A stretch of 64,000 nucleotides of DNA from an uncultured delta proteobacterium (GCA_963808235.1 CAWEEQ010000003.1:48629-112628); one strand, 5' to 3'. Positions 38,901 through 49,109 are shown, numbered from the stretch's first letter. Program-made: numbers and translations. The notes: generated by a model from the sequence alone, not told the origin.

Positions 38901-39319
38901 GCACGATGTAACCGTCGTAGCGATGCACCGCGTCGATCATCAGCTTCAACGCCGGATCGATGATCGCGCGCGCTTCTTCGGGATCGAGATCCTCCATCAG
39001 GTCCATCGATCCCTTGATATCCGCAAACAGCGCCGTGACGGTCTTGCGCTCGCCGCCCAACACTTCCGACTCCGGCAGCTCCGGCGCGATGCGGACCGAA
39101 GGCGTTTGCTCCGAAGATCTGTGTGCCAGATGGAGCCGGCTTTGCGGCGACCGTCCCCTCAGAGGCCGGCGTCAGCGATACGCCGCATTCGCCGCAGAAT
39201 TTGAAGTGTGGCGGATTCTCGAATCCGCAAGCAGTGCATTTGTTCTGCAGCGGAGCCGCGCAATTGCCGCAGAACTTCATTCCGGCAGGATTTTCAGTGC
39301 CGCAACTCGAGCATCGCAT
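35902..39319 (-). CDS. Double zinc ribbon + class III nucleotide cyclase + STAND ATPase + TPR protein (one frameshift near 39125)
   Basis: CSSC/CGNC/CTAC/CGEC at 39319 in one frame; ERKTVTALFADIKGS, GDG, AGVGKS, EDLHW, TEGNPFF, FKHALTQE in ORF 35902..39063. Confidence 0.88.
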
Positions 39320-39358
39320 GATGATGAATCTATCTCGGCGCGCGCACTTGGCCTAGCG

Positions 39359-40048
39359 TCACCACTTGAAGCCAAGTGCATCGGTGAGAAACTTCATGAA
39401 CGGCGTCGCCGCTGCGCATGCGCCGGTGAATTGATCCAGGAACCGATCCGAGCAGACTTCCTTGCGCGTGAATTGCATCCCCGCGATGAAGTCTTTGCGT
39501 TTCAAGTCTTCGATCAACGGATGCGCTGGATCGTAACCCTTCGGTGGACGCGACAGCACGTCGCCGGCCATTTCGAATCGCGCCACAAATTTACGATCGT
39601 TAGTTGCCTTTTCCCAATTTTGCGGACGGGCCACGATCGCGTCGCGCACCTTGCGAACCGCTTCCGGCTGCGGATGAAATACTCCGACACCCGCAAAACC
39701 TTGCGCGGGCGATAGCGAAAGATAGAACGAGGGCGCATCGAAGCGCGCCGCGTCGCGATGGCCGAACGCGGCGGCTGCGTTGGTTTTGTACGGCGTCTTG
39801 TCGCGCGAAAAACGGAGATTGCGATAGATACGCATCATCGATCCGCCGGTCGGCCGCGGGTCCGCGACGAAGCTGGCACTGATTTTCCGCAGCCGCGGTG
39901 CGAAATCCGCGATGAACGAGAGCATCGGCTCGCGCACCTCATTCTCGTAGCGGGATTTATTCCTCAGAAACCAATCGCGATTGTTGTTGCGGCTGAGTTC
40001 CTCGAAAAATTCGAAGAACTTGGGCGAGAAGTAGCGGTGCGCCATCAC
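39359..40048 (-). CDS. DUF2461 (TIGR02453) family protein
   Basis: NNNRDWF, RIYRNLRFSRDKTPYK, PKGY...HPLIEDLKRK. Confidence 0.9.
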   Translation of the reverse strand: MMAHRYFSPKFFEFFEELSRNNNRDWFLRNKSRYENEVREPMLSFIADFAPRLRKISASFVADPRPTGGSMMRIYRNLRFSRDKTPYKTNAAAAFGHRDAARFDAPSFYLSLSPAQGFAGVGVFHPQPEAVRKVRDAIVARPQNWEKATNDRKFVARFEMAGDVLSRPPKGYDPAHPLIEDLKRKDFIAGMQFTRKEVCSDRFLDQFTGACAAATPFMKFLTDALGFKW

Positions 40049-40051
40049 ACC

Positions 40052-40894
40052 TTATCCGAGGATGAATTCGTTCAGTATCTTGAAAAATCGCTCGGGTTCG
40101 TCGCGATGCACCCCGTGACCGGCGTTGTCGAAAACCTCAAGACGCGCTAGTCCAGGCGCGATCGCAGCCGCGATGTCCTCCGAATCGGCGAGCGGTGTGA
40201 TCGGATCCAGTTTGCCGGCAGTGATCAGAGTCGGGCATTTGATTCGGCCGAGACTCGGCAGAAAGTTGTAGCTGCGCGATTCGTGGCGGAAGAACTCGAA
40301 GATCAATTCAAAGTTCATGATGGTGCGCTTGGCGACCTCGGGTCCCTGCGGAGTTCGGTTGTACATCGGCATGCACTTCTTCTGAAACTCGGGACCCGTC
40401 TCGGGGCTGGGATTTTCGAAAAATCTGCGCGCCGCCTCACGCACCTCCGCGCCGCCAAGCTGCTCGAACATTGCAAGCGCCCGGTCGTCTCTGGTCCGCG
40501 CTGCCGTGCTGCTGAGCACGAGCTTGGCTGGATGCTCCGGATGGCGGGTCGCGTACGACATCGCCACCATCCCGCCGAATGAAAGACCGAGCACGATCGG
40601 GCGCACTATCTCGAGCGCCTCGCAAAACGCGCGCACATCGTCGCCCCACTGCGGGAGATTCCAGCTTGCCGGGTCACCGCGATCGCTGCGGCCGTTGCCG
40701 CGATGATCGAGGTAAACTACTTGCGCGATATTGGCGAGGCGCGAGAAGTCGGGCTTGAAGCTCGAATGGTCGAAGCCGGGGCCGCCGTGCAGCAGGACGA
40801 CGGTCGGCACTTCGCGCATCGTCGCGCCGTCGGGCCGCAGTTTCGCGCCATCTACGTCGAAGAACAGCCAGGCATCGTTGACTCGTACGCGCAT
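40052..40894 (-). CDS. Alpha/beta hydrolase (proline-iminopeptidase-like)
   Basis: LHGGPG, DHRGNGRS, GLSFGG, GH. Confidence 0.88.
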   Translation of the reverse strand: MRVRVNDAWLFFDVDGAKLRPDGATMREVPTVVLLHGGPGFDHSSFKPDFSRLANIAQVVYLDHRGNGRSDRGDPASWNLPQWGDDVRAFCEALEIVRPIVLGLSFGGMVAMSYATRHPEHPAKLVLSSTAARTRDDRALAMFEQLGGAEVREAARRFFENPSPETGPEFQKKCMPMYNRTPQGPEVAKRTIMNFELIFEFFRHESRSYNFLPSLGRIKCPTLITAGKLDPITPLADSEDIAAAIAPGLARLEVFDNAGHGVHRDEPERFFKILNEFILG

Positions 40895-40943
40895 CGGCGG
40901 ATCTCTAACGCGAATGGAAGCGTGCCGCAAATCGCGCGCACAA

Positions 40944-41177
40944 TTATTTTTCGATGCGTAGCCGGAAAAGGCCCCTGAGCTCAGTTGATTCGAGCATGAC
41001 GTACCCTTCGGCTTCCACGGCGTGCGGGATGTCGCGGGCGCCGCGCGGATCGTCGAGCGTGAGTTCCAGGATGTCGCCGCGAGCCATCTGCTCCAGGCGC
41101 ACTTTCGCGTGCGCCCAGTTGAGCGGGCATTTGATCCCTCGCAGATCGAGACGAACGATTTCGCGGCGCGACTCCAT
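40944..41177 (-). CDS. TusA/SirA-family sulfur carrier
   Basis: LDLRGIKCPLN...L..M..GDILE...DDP. Confidence 0.85.
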   Translation of the reverse strand: MESRREIVRLDLRGIKCPLNWAHAKVRLEQMARGDILELTLDDPRGARDIPHAVEAEGYVMLESTELRGLFRLRIEK

Positions 41178-41244
41178 CTTGAAGATTCTTACCACACGGC
41201 GCGCAGCCGTGAATCCTATCCCGGAAATCGGTAGGCTTAAACGG

Positions 41245-41943
41245 ATGTTCCTCGAAAGTGCCGAACTCTACGACGCGATTTATCACTTCAAGAATTACGG
41301 ACGCGAATGCGAGCTTCTCCGCGCGATCATCCAGGTTGCCGCGCCGGGAACACGCACGATTCTCGACGTCGGTTGCGGAACCGGAGAGCACGCAAAATTT
41401 TTGAAAGAGAAGTACGCGACCGACGGCGTCGATCTCAATGAGCAATACCTCGATGCAGCGCGAATCAAGAATCCCGCCGGCAAATACGCTCGCGCCGACA
41501 TGACCGATTTCGATTTGGGCGCCACTTACGACGTCGTCACCTGCCTGTTCAGTGCGATCGGCTATGTCCGCACAGTAGATCGAATGACTCGCGCAATCGC
41601 CTGCATGGCGAAGCACGTGAAGCCGGGCGGCGTCCTTATCGTCGAGCCGTGGTTTACGCCCGAAACCTGGAAACCCGGCGGCACATTCATTCACGCCGGA
41701 GAGATTGGGACCGACAAGGTCTGCCGCATGAGTCTCAGCCGTCAGCAAGGGAATTTATCGGTCGTGCTGATGCACTATCTGAGAACTACGACGGACAGCA
41801 TCGAGCACTACAGCGAGCTGCTCGAACTCGGACTCTTCAGCCGCGACGAGATGACGCGGGCATTCGAATTGGCGCGCATGGAAGCGCGTTACGACTCGGA
41901 GGGCCTGATGGGGCGCGGACTCTACATAGGGCGATCAAAATGA
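41245..41943 (+). CDS. Class I SAM methyltransferase (TylM1/DesVI-like)
   Basis: AELYDAIY, LDVGCGTGEH, VTCLFSAIGY, PGGVLIVEPW, GRGLYIG. Confidence 0.88.
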   Translation: MFLESAELYDAIYHFKNYGRECELLRAIIQVAAPGTRTILDVGCGTGEHAKFLKEKYATDGVDLNEQYLDAARIKNPAGKYARADMTDFDLGATYDVVTCLFSAIGYVRTVDRMTRAIACMAKHVKPGGVLIVEPWFTPETWKPGGTFIHAGEIGTDKVCRMSLSRQQGNLSVVLMHYLRTTTDSIEHYSELLELGLFSRDEMTRAFELARMEARYDSEGLMGRGLYIGRSK

Positions 41944-42269
41944 ACACAAAGATCACGTTGATAGTATCGCTCTTCATCGAGCCGGATCGGCACGCCGAGT
42001 TCGTCAGCTTCGAGACTCGCGCGGCGGAGATCATGCGTGCCGTCGGCGGCAGGATCGAGCGCCGAATCGAGTGCTCCACTAACGACGACCCGTCAGCGCC
42101 AAACGAGATTCACATCGTTACTTTTCCGGATCTGCATTCGTACAAGCGATACCGCGAGTCGCCAGAGCTTCAGGCTCTCGCGAGTCTTCGCGCGAGTGCG
42201 ATTCGCAAAACGATCGTGTGGCGTGGAGTCGATTTGCCGTCGTTCGACAAGTCGACGAGTACTGACTAG
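41940..42269 (+). CDS. DUF1330-like dimeric alpha/beta barrel protein
   Basis: ATGA overlap with the upstream gene; IM..VGGRI...EIHIVTFPD...YRESP. Confidence 0.7.
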   Translation: MNTKITLIVSLFIEPDRHAEFVSFETRAAEIMRAVGGRIERRIECSTNDDPSAPNEIHIVTFPDLHSYKRYRESPELQALASLRASAIRKTIVWRGVDLPSFDKSTSTD

Positions 42270-42823
42270 AGCACTCTTCGAAAGAGATCCGGATAGGTCA
42301 CGACCAGCCCGTGGTCATCCACTTCGATGTCGCGCTTGAAGTCGCTGTCGAGCGACTCGAATCGGTAGCGTCTGCCCGGCTCGAGACATGTATAGCGCTG
42401 CCGGTCGGTCGCAAGACTAAGTCCCGGCATCTGAACATAGATGACGAGGATTTCCGCCGATTGACCACGCGCGAGGCGCAGCCTCCGAATCGGAATTGTG
42501 TTGGTGAAAGGCGTAACGGATATGTCGATGTCTAGCGCGCCTTTCAGCTCTGGGAGCGGATTTGCCGACGCATCGAGCCAGTTGCCGGCGCCATCGCTGC
42601 TGAGTTCGATCCAGTGATCGTCGCCGATCTGGCTAACCTCGAGCTCCGTTACCCGCCATGACCCATCACAGAGGATCCGATACCGCGCTGCGAAGTTTTC
42701 GTCGTCGATCGATCCGAGAATGGCGGCCTCCGCAACGATCTCGTCGGCGTCTTCCTCGAGGACAAGGTGCTCGATCCCCTTGCCGGACCAGTCTTGCCAT
42801 CGCGCTACAATTTTCTCGCTCAT
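42266..42823 (-). CDS. Putative glycolipid-binding domain protein
   Basis: DIDISVTPFTNTIPIRRL, QRYTCL, VDDHGLVVTYP. Confidence 0.85.
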   Translation of the reverse strand: MSEKIVARWQDWSGKGIEHLVLEEDADEIVAEAAILGSIDDENFAARYRILCDGSWRVTELEVSQIGDDHWIELSSDGAGNWLDASANPLPELKGALDIDISVTPFTNTIPIRRLRLARGQSAEILVIYVQMPGLSLATDRQRYTCLEPGRRYRFESLDSDFKRDIEVDDHGLVVTYPDLFRRVL

Positions 42824-42824
42824 G

Positions 42825-44375
42825 CTACTCGGCGATTCGCTTCGAGTGTCCTACCCAGTAACGATCCTTGATTAACCGCTTGTATAGCTTGCCGGTCGGA
42901 TGGCGCGGCAGCGCCGCATCGAAATCAATTGTTCGCGGACATTTGACCGCGGACAGATGCGCGCGGCAGAAAGCGATTAGCTCGGCTTCCAGAGCCGGCC
43001 CGGCCTGTTTCATATCGACCGGCTGCACCACGGCTTTGACTTCCTCGCCAAAATCCTCGTTGGGCACCCCGAATACCGCAACGTCCTCGACCTTCGGATG
43101 AGTCGCCAGCAGGTTCTCCGCCTCCTGCGGATAAATGTTCACGCCACCGCTGATGATCATGTTGGCCTTGCGATCGGTCAGATAGAGGTAGCCGTCCTGA
43201 TCCAGGTAGCCGATATCGCCGAGCGTCGACCATCCCTTGTCGTTGCGCGAGCTTTTCGTTTTCTCGGGATCGTTGTGATACTCGAACGTGGCGCCACCCT
43301 CGAAGAAGATCGTCCCTGCTTCGCCGGTCGGAAGCTCAGCTCCGTCATCGCTGACGATGTGCAACTTTCCGACCAGGGGCCGGCCGACCGAGCCCTTATG
43401 CTGCAGCCACTCCGCGCTGTCGATCGAGCAGAACCCGTTGCCCTCGGTCCCCGCGTAGTACTCGAAAATCTTCGGGCCCCACCATGCGATCATCTGCTCT
43501 TTGATCGCGATTGGACACGGCGCGGACGCGTGGATCACCACCTTCAAGCTCGAATGATCGTACTTGCGGCGAGTCGGTTCGGGCAGCTTGAGCATCCGGA
43601 TGAACATGGTCGGCACCATCTGCGTATGCGTCACCCGGTACTTCTCGATGAGCGCCAGCGACTGTTCCGCGTCGAAGTGCTCCATCACGACGACAGTGCC
43701 GCCAATCCGATGTATCGCCATCGTGAATTGCAGTGGCGCCGAATGATACATCGGCGCGGGCGACAGATAGATCATCGCGGGAGTCGCCTGGTACAGCCCC
43801 GCCAGCAGCATGCCGATCGGATTTGGCGCGCCCAGCGGTTGTCCGCTCAGCCGATGTTTCACACCTTTGGGCTTGCCGGTGGTGCCCGACGAATAGAGCA
43901 TCGCGGCGCCTTCGGTCTCGTCGGCAATTGGAGTCGACGGTTGCGCGGCGACGGCATCCTCCCACGATTCATAGTTCGCGATCGTGCCGTCGATCATGTA
44001 GCGCTTGACGCCGCGCGGAATCATTTTGGCCGCATCAAGCTGGCCCGCGACGTCGGCCATCGCACGAGTAGTGATGAAAACTTTCGCGCCGCAGTCGTTT
44101 ACGATGTAAGCGAGTTCCTCCGCCGTCAGGCGCGAGCTGATCGCCGTGTAGTAGAGCCCGGAGCGCTGCGCGGCCCAGAGCACCTGATGGTAGCGGGGAT
44201 GATTCTCCGCGAACAATGCGATTACGTCGCCAACCTTGAGTCCCAACGAGCGAAATAAATTCGCGGCGCGGTTCGATTCCTCGTCGAGCTCGCGATAAGT
44301 GACTGCACGCCCCGTCGCCGCCATGATATACGCGGGCTTCTCAGGATCGCTCTTGGCGTGAATTCCGGGATGCAT
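42825..44375 (-). CDS. Acyl-CoA synthetase (AMP-binding)
   Basis: YSSGTTGKPKG, EYYAGTE, GDIGYLD, ISGGVNIYPQE, PTGKL. Confidence 0.93.
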   Translation of the reverse strand: MHPGIHAKSDPEKPAYIMAATGRAVTYRELDEESNRAANLFRSLGLKVGDVIALFAENHPRYHQVLWAAQRSGLYYTAISSRLTAEELAYIVNDCGAKVFITTRAMADVAGQLDAAKMIPRGVKRYMIDGTIANYESWEDAVAAQPSTPIADETEGAAMLYSSGTTGKPKGVKHRLSGQPLGAPNPIGMLLAGLYQATPAMIYLSPAPMYHSAPLQFTMAIHRIGGTVVVMEHFDAEQSLALIEKYRVTHTQMVPTMFIRMLKLPEPTRRKYDHSSLKVVIHASAPCPIAIKEQMIAWWGPKIFEYYAGTEGNGFCSIDSAEWLQHKGSVGRPLVGKLHIVSDDGAELPTGEAGTIFFEGGATFEYHNDPEKTKSSRNDKGWSTLGDIGYLDQDGYLYLTDRKANMIISGGVNIYPQEAENLLATHPKVEDVAVFGVPNEDFGEEVKAVVQPVDMKQAGPALEAELIAFCRAHLSAVKCPRTIDFDAALPRHPTGKLYKRLIKDRYWVGHSKRIAE

Positions 44376-44992
44376 CAGTTGTCGAATCTTTGCGCCGCGC
44401 GTTTCAGAATCGAGCGCATCGCGTCGGGACTCTGCGCACCGACCAGCGGATATTCTCCGATGAAAAAAGTCGGCACGCCGTTGACTCCGCGCTGATTCGC
44501 CGCGAGCGCGTTGTTTTTGAGCCGCAGCTCGTACTTCGGCGATTTGATCGCATCGGCAACCTCGGCTGAGTCGAGTCCCGCTTCCGAACCGAGCCGCGCG
44601 ACGATCGCAGGATCGCCGATATTCAGGCCCTCGCCGAAATACGCGCGGTAAATTCGCTCTTCGAGCGCCTCGTCGCGGCCCGATTCGCGCGCAAACTCGG
44701 TCGCGGCAAGCGCGGCGCGCGAGTTGGTCAGGACGGCCGGCGGACGCATCGAAAATCCTACCGCGTCGGCCATCGCGCTGATCCGCTCCCAGAGCGCGCG
44801 CCGCGAATCAGGGTCCGAGGTCTCGCGCGCATGATCGGCCGCAATCCCCTCGGCCGGCCAGTCGGGATGAATTTGAAACCCGCGCCATTCGAGCTGGAAA
44901 TTGAACTCAGGCTTGAGCCTGCGCATGGTTTCAAAGCCGACGTAACAGAACGGACAGATGTAGTCCGAGAACATCACAATCTTGAGCGCCAT
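44375..44992 (-). CDS. DsbA/FrnE-family thiol oxidoreductase
   Basis: SDYICPFCY, GVNGVPTF, GAQ; GGAGG upstream of ATG 44992. Confidence 0.9.
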   Translation of the reverse strand: MALKIVMFSDYICPFCYVGFETMRRLKPEFNFQLEWRGFQIHPDWPAEGIAADHARETSDPDSRRALWERISAMADAVGFSMRPPAVLTNSRAALAATEFARESGRDEALEERIYRAYFGEGLNIGDPAIVARLGSEAGLDSAEVADAIKSPKYELRLKNNALAANQRGVNGVPTFFIGEYPLVGAQSPDAMRSILKRAAQRFDN

Positions 44993-45130
44993 CGGTTCTT
45001 GCTCTCCTCCCATCAATAATAGAGTCGCCAAACGAAAGGGGCCAGCCCCTGCCCGCATTGTTGTAGCTATGTTATTGGGTTAAGAGTTCCGCGTACTCCG
45101 CTTAGGCGCGTGGTTGCGTGAGGTGATCCG

Positions 45131-45928
45131 ATGATTCTCGATTCGCTCAAGCTCGACGATAAAGTGGCCATCGTCACCGGCGCGGGCCGCGGTCTAGGCC
45201 GCGCGATGGCGGTGAAATTCGCGCTCGCGGGCGCCGATATCGTCGCCGCGTCGCGAACCAAAGCGCAGCTCGACGAAACCGCCGAAGAAGTTAAAAAGAC
45301 CGGACGCAAATGCATGATCGTCCCGACCGACGTGACCATTTCCGCGCAGGTGAACGCGCTCGCCGAGGCTGCCATCAAGGAGTTCGGCAAGATCGACATC
45401 CTGGTGAACAACGCGGGCGGCGGCGACGATTCGCTCGGCAAGCCGCTGGAGAAAATCACCGACGAGGAATGGCGGCGCGGACTCGACACCAACCTGACCA
45501 GCCAGTTCTACGGATGCCGCGCGGTGATCGCGCAGATGGTGAAGCAAAATCGCGGCAAGATAATCAACATCGCATCGGGCTACGGACTCCGGGGCGGCAA
45601 GCACAATTACATGTACGCGTGTGCGAAGGGCGGCACGATTCAGTTGACTCGCTCGATGGCGCTGACCTACGCGCAGTTCAACATCCAGACCAACTGCATC
45701 GTGCCCGGAATTTTTCCGCACAACGAGCAGATGATGCAGTTCTTCAAGGGCGGAAAATTTATTCCGATCGGAAGGGTCGGCGAAGACAGCGAACTCGGAC
45801 CGCTGGCGGTATTCCTCGCGTCGGATGCTGCCAACCACATTAACGGCGAGCTGATCGCGATCGATGGCGGCGGACTGGCTGGCGGAATCGCGCCGACCGG
45901 CGTTACGCCCGAGAGTTCATCAAGCTAG
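45131..45928 (+). CDS. SDR oxidoreductase
   Basis: TGAGRGLG, NNAG, YACAK. Confidence 0.92.
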   Translation: MILDSLKLDDKVAIVTGAGRGLGRAMAVKFALAGADIVAASRTKAQLDETAEEVKKTGRKCMIVPTDVTISAQVNALAEAAIKEFGKIDILVNNAGGGDDSLGKPLEKITDEEWRRGLDTNLTSQFYGCRAVIAQMVKQNRGKIINIASGYGLRGGKHNYMYACAKGGTIQLTRSMALTYAQFNIQTNCIVPGIFPHNEQMMQFFKGGKFIPIGRVGEDSELGPLAVFLASDAANHINGELIAIDGGGLAGGIAPTGVTPESSSS

Positions 45929-45955
45929 GCGCGCTCGAATAATCGCGGAGACAAG

Positions 45956-46738
45956 ATGGCCTCGTCGAGCTTATCGGCTGATTTTTCACTCGAAGGCAAA
46001 GGTGCGCTGGTCGTTGGCGCCGAGCATTCAGTGGGCCGCGCGGCGGCGGTAACGCTGGCCGAAGCGGGCGCGAAGATAGTCCTCGCCTCGCAGGAGCCGG
46101 GCACCGAAAAGCAGCTTAAGGAAGCCGCCAAGCTCGTGCAGGCTGCGGGAGCCAAGCCGGTGATTCGCGTGCAGAACGCCGCGATTCGCGCGGACCTGTC
46201 GGCGACCGCGGATTTCGCGGCGAAACAGCCCGGCGGACTCCACATCCTGGTCAACGCGCTCGATACGCCTGCGTATGGGCCTGCGGAATCCAGCGACGAC
46301 ACTGCGTTCGACAAAATTTTCGAAAACAATCTCAAGACGGTCTGGATGTCGTGCCAGGAAGCGGCGCGCGTGATGCGCCAGGGCGGCGGCGCGATCGTTA
46401 ATATTACCTCGGTGCTGGCGGAACGCGGGATGCCGAATGCGGCGCTCTACTGCGCGGCCAAAGCGGCGGTGCTCAATCTGACCAGGGCGCTGGCGCTCGA
46501 ATGGGCCCGCAAGAACATCCGCGTCAATGCTATCCAGGCCGGATGGCTCGACGACGAATCCAGTCCCGCCAACAAGGACGACGAGTTCAGCAAGATGCTG
46601 CTCAAGTACCTGCCCAATAACCGCCTGGTGAAACCCGAAGAACTCGGTGGCGCGCTGCTCTACCTGGTCTCGCCTGCGGCGGGCTTCGTCACGGGCGAAT
46701 CGATCGCAGTGGACGGCGGCCTCCGCGCGCGAGTTTGA
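45956..46738 (+). CDS. SDR oxidoreductase with degenerate cofactor motif
   Basis: VGAEHSVG and VNALD in place of TGxxxGxG/NNAG; YCAAK, IRVNAI and VDGG retained. Confidence 0.85.
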   Translation: MASSSLSADFSLEGKGALVVGAEHSVGRAAAVTLAEAGAKIVLASQEPGTEKQLKEAAKLVQAAGAKPVIRVQNAAIRADLSATADFAAKQPGGLHILVNALDTPAYGPAESSDDTAFDKIFENNLKTVWMSCQEAARVMRQGGGAIVNITSVLAERGMPNAALYCAAKAAVLNLTRALALEWARKNIRVNAIQAGWLDDESSPANKDDEFSKMLLKYLPNNRLVKPEELGGALLYLVSPAAGFVTGESIAVDGGLRARV

Positions 46739-46744
46739 CCAGAT

Positions 46745-47521
46745 CTATTTGCTCGCGACGGTGAACATGTAGTCGCCGCCGTCATGCGCGTAGGATCGAA
46801 TCACGCGGTTGATTCGTCCCGATTCGATATCGTCGGCAAGCCGCTTCACGCCGCGATCGATTTCCTCGCGATCGGGCGCGTCGGCAAAGGTCGAAATTCC
46901 ACTCATGATGCGCGGATCCAGATACCGCTCGGGCCGATTTTTCCCGCAGTAAAGAAAAAAATCCTTCAAGTCGGGTTTGATATCGTACTTTTCTTCGCAT
47001 TCGATCCGGAATCCGGCGCCGTTCAGCACCTCGACGGTCACGAATCGGGCGTAGGGCGCAGTCGCCTTCTCCATCGCGCGCGGAAAATATTCGATTAGCC
47101 AGTAGCGCCTCATTTGCTCGACCGTGCCGTTCAACACCACGAAGCGCGCGCCCGGCTTCAGCACGCGATGGACTTCCCTGAAACTCGAGAGCGGATTGCC
47201 CAGGTGATGATGCACGAACGTGCACGAGGCGCCGTCGAAACTCTGCGCCTTGAACGGAATCGCTTCCGCGTGAGCGTTCACCCACGCGACGCCTTGGCCC
47301 TTGCGTTTTGCCCGCTCGAGCATGATCGGCGAAAGTTCTAACCCGCTTATATCCATGCCCGCCCGATGCATCGCGATTGTATAGTTCCCAGTCCCGCAAC
47401 CGAGGTCGAGGTAGTGGCCGGTATGGCTCGGACGCAGATGATGCATCAAGCGCGAAAGCAGGTAGGGATCGGCCTGGCGAGTGGTGTCGTAGCCGACTCC
47501 GATACGATCGTAGAGCGCCAT
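46745..47521 (-). CDS. Class I SAM methyltransferase
   Basis: YDTTRQAD, LDLGCGTGNY, RVLKPG. Confidence 0.88.
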   Translation of the reverse strand: MALYDRIGVGYDTTRQADPYLLSRLMHHLRPSHTGHYLDLGCGTGNYTIAMHRAGMDISGLELSPIMLERAKRKGQGVAWVNAHAEAIPFKAQSFDGASCTFVHHHLGNPLSSFREVHRVLKPGARFVVLNGTVEQMRRYWLIEYFPRAMEKATAPYARFVTVEVLNGAGFRIECEEKYDIKPDLKDFFLYCGKNRPERYLDPRIMSGISTFADAPDREEIDRGVKRLADDIESGRINRVIRSYAHDGGDYMFTVASK

Positions 47522-47524
47522 CGA

Positions 47525-47977
47525 TCAGATCTGCTCGCCACCCACGGTCAGGACGAGCGCGCTTTCTTCCAGCGCCTCTATCGAGTGAGCGATCGCGCGA
47601 TCGAGCGCCAGCAACATCCCGGGGGTCAGAAGATGCGGCTTGTCGCCCGCGATTAAGTTGATCCGGCCTTCGAGAAGGTGCACCGTGATCGGCGCGCGGG
47701 TGTGATGCTCCTGGAGCCTGGCGCCCTTCTTCAGCAGCATCAGCGCGACATTGATTCCGTCGCCCTTGACCAGCGAAACTCCATGCCGATCGCCGCTGGC
47801 CCACGCGGGCTCGCCCTTGAGACGAGTTATCTCACTCCGAACATCGACGGTGATCGGAGCGGCAGGCGCTAAAAAATTACCGTGCTCGGCGTGGCTCGCT
47901 TGATGCTTCGCCTGGTCGGCCTGTCTCGCGCGATCGGACTCTTTTGTTTTATCCGGATGCTTGTTTTGTGGCGCCAT
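47525..47977 (-). CDS. Cupin-domain protein
   Basis: GARLQEHH...VHLLEG...HSIEALEES. Confidence 0.8.
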   Translation of the reverse strand: MAPQNKHPDKTKESDRARQADQAKHQASHAEHGNFLAPAAPITVDVRSEITRLKGEPAWASGDRHGVSLVKGDGINVALMLLKKGARLQEHHTRAPITVHLLEGRINLIAGDKPHLLTPGMLLALDRAIAHSIEALEESALVLTVGGEQI

Positions 47978-48156
47978 CGATCGATCTCCGCGGCTCTTGT
48001 TCAATTTTGCCCACCACCGCTTATTCTTTCCCGAGGCGCGAAGCTCGCGCAATCGAATCCGTCTTGCGTGAGCGCGCCCACCGTGATTTTTTTGGAACGG
48101 CGCAACTCGCTAACCCAAGCTTCATCTCAGCGAAGACTTCAGGATCGTCGATTAAA

Positions 48157-48930
48157 ATGAGCAAGCCCGCAGCCACGCCCGCCAATCAGATTATCGAATA
48201 CTCGAACTTCGCGTCCGCGGTCACCGGCGAAGGCGACTGGATGCCGGCCGGATTCCCGCTGCCCGACGGCGGATTCTGGCAGTATCGCGAGCCCGACGCA
48301 GTGGTGATCGTGCAGGACGGCTTTCTGCGCGTGGCGGCCGTTCCCTACACGCGCGGGCATGACACAATCCAGTTCCTCGACAACGCAAAACACATGTACT
48401 TCAGCACCCGGACGTTCGAGTGCCCGCCTGGCGGAACAATCACTTTTTCGATCGATCTCGCCGCCACGATCGTCAAAGGCAAGCCGGGCGATTTGTACGA
48501 CGGCTTCGTATCCTTTAACGTGCTGGACTTCTCGACTGGCGCGGCGCTGGATTTTTTCGTCGGCAACGACACTATCGCAACCGTTTACGGCAAGCTGCCC
48601 TTTCCGGGAGTTCCGATCGTCGATCCCGCGCGCGGACCGCGCCATTTCTGTTTGTTCGAAGAGATTCGCGACGCGAGTGCGCCCGGAAAGCTCCATCACT
48701 TTGAGATCGCCTACGATTCAGCCGGCGACCGAGTGACCTTCTCAGCCGACGGCAAGCAATTGCGTGAGTACTCGAACGTGCCGTTCAAGCTTGGGCCGTG
48801 CACGCTCGCGCTCGGGCTGATGAGCGAAAAGGACATTTCGCCGGGCAAGGGCAGCGTGTCGTGCCACGGCCAGGGCGCGATCGGCAAGTGGGGCAACATC
48901 AGAATCGCGACTTCATCCTCGACGCGCTGA
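48157..48930 (+). CDS. Hypothetical beta-sandwich protein (DUF6081-like)
   Basis: Host-like codon usage; WQYREP, LDNAKHMYFST, HHFEIAYD, HGQG; family name from memory. Confidence 0.65.
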   Translation: MSKPAATPANQIIEYSNFASAVTGEGDWMPAGFPLPDGGFWQYREPDAVVIVQDGFLRVAAVPYTRGHDTIQFLDNAKHMYFSTRTFECPPGGTITFSIDLAATIVKGKPGDLYDGFVSFNVLDFSTGAALDFFVGNDTIATVYGKLPFPGVPIVDPARGPRHFCLFEEIRDASAPGKLHHFEIAYDSAGDRVTFSADGKQLREYSNVPFKLGPCTLALGLMSEKDISPGKGSVSCHGQGAIGKWGNIRIATSSSTR

Positions 48931-49093
48931 GCGAACAAGCGCATTCCCGAAGAAGGATGGGCGGCAGTTGCCACCGCCGCCGATGCGCTTGCGCGTGGCG
49001 AATCCGGTCGCGGAAGTTGACACGCGCAAACGGGCGCGAATCGCCGCTAATTTTCGGAAAAGCACTCTTACTTGCTCGAAGTTTCGACGAAAA

Positions 49094-49109
49094 TGTTTCA
49101 CGTGAAACA
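49094..49109. promoter_or_regulatory. parS: parS centromere-like site (ParB binding)
   Basis: TGTTTCACGTGAAACA, an exact match to the widespread parS consensus, intergenic between convergent genes; palindrome extends 49092-49111. Confidence 0.85.

Noticed and set aside
38081-39120. Arg/Gly-rich remainder of ORF 38081..39319 and other long Arg-rich overlapping ORFs
   Set aside because: Off-frame read-through typical of high-GC DNA; only the first ~65 codons (zinc ribbons) are real
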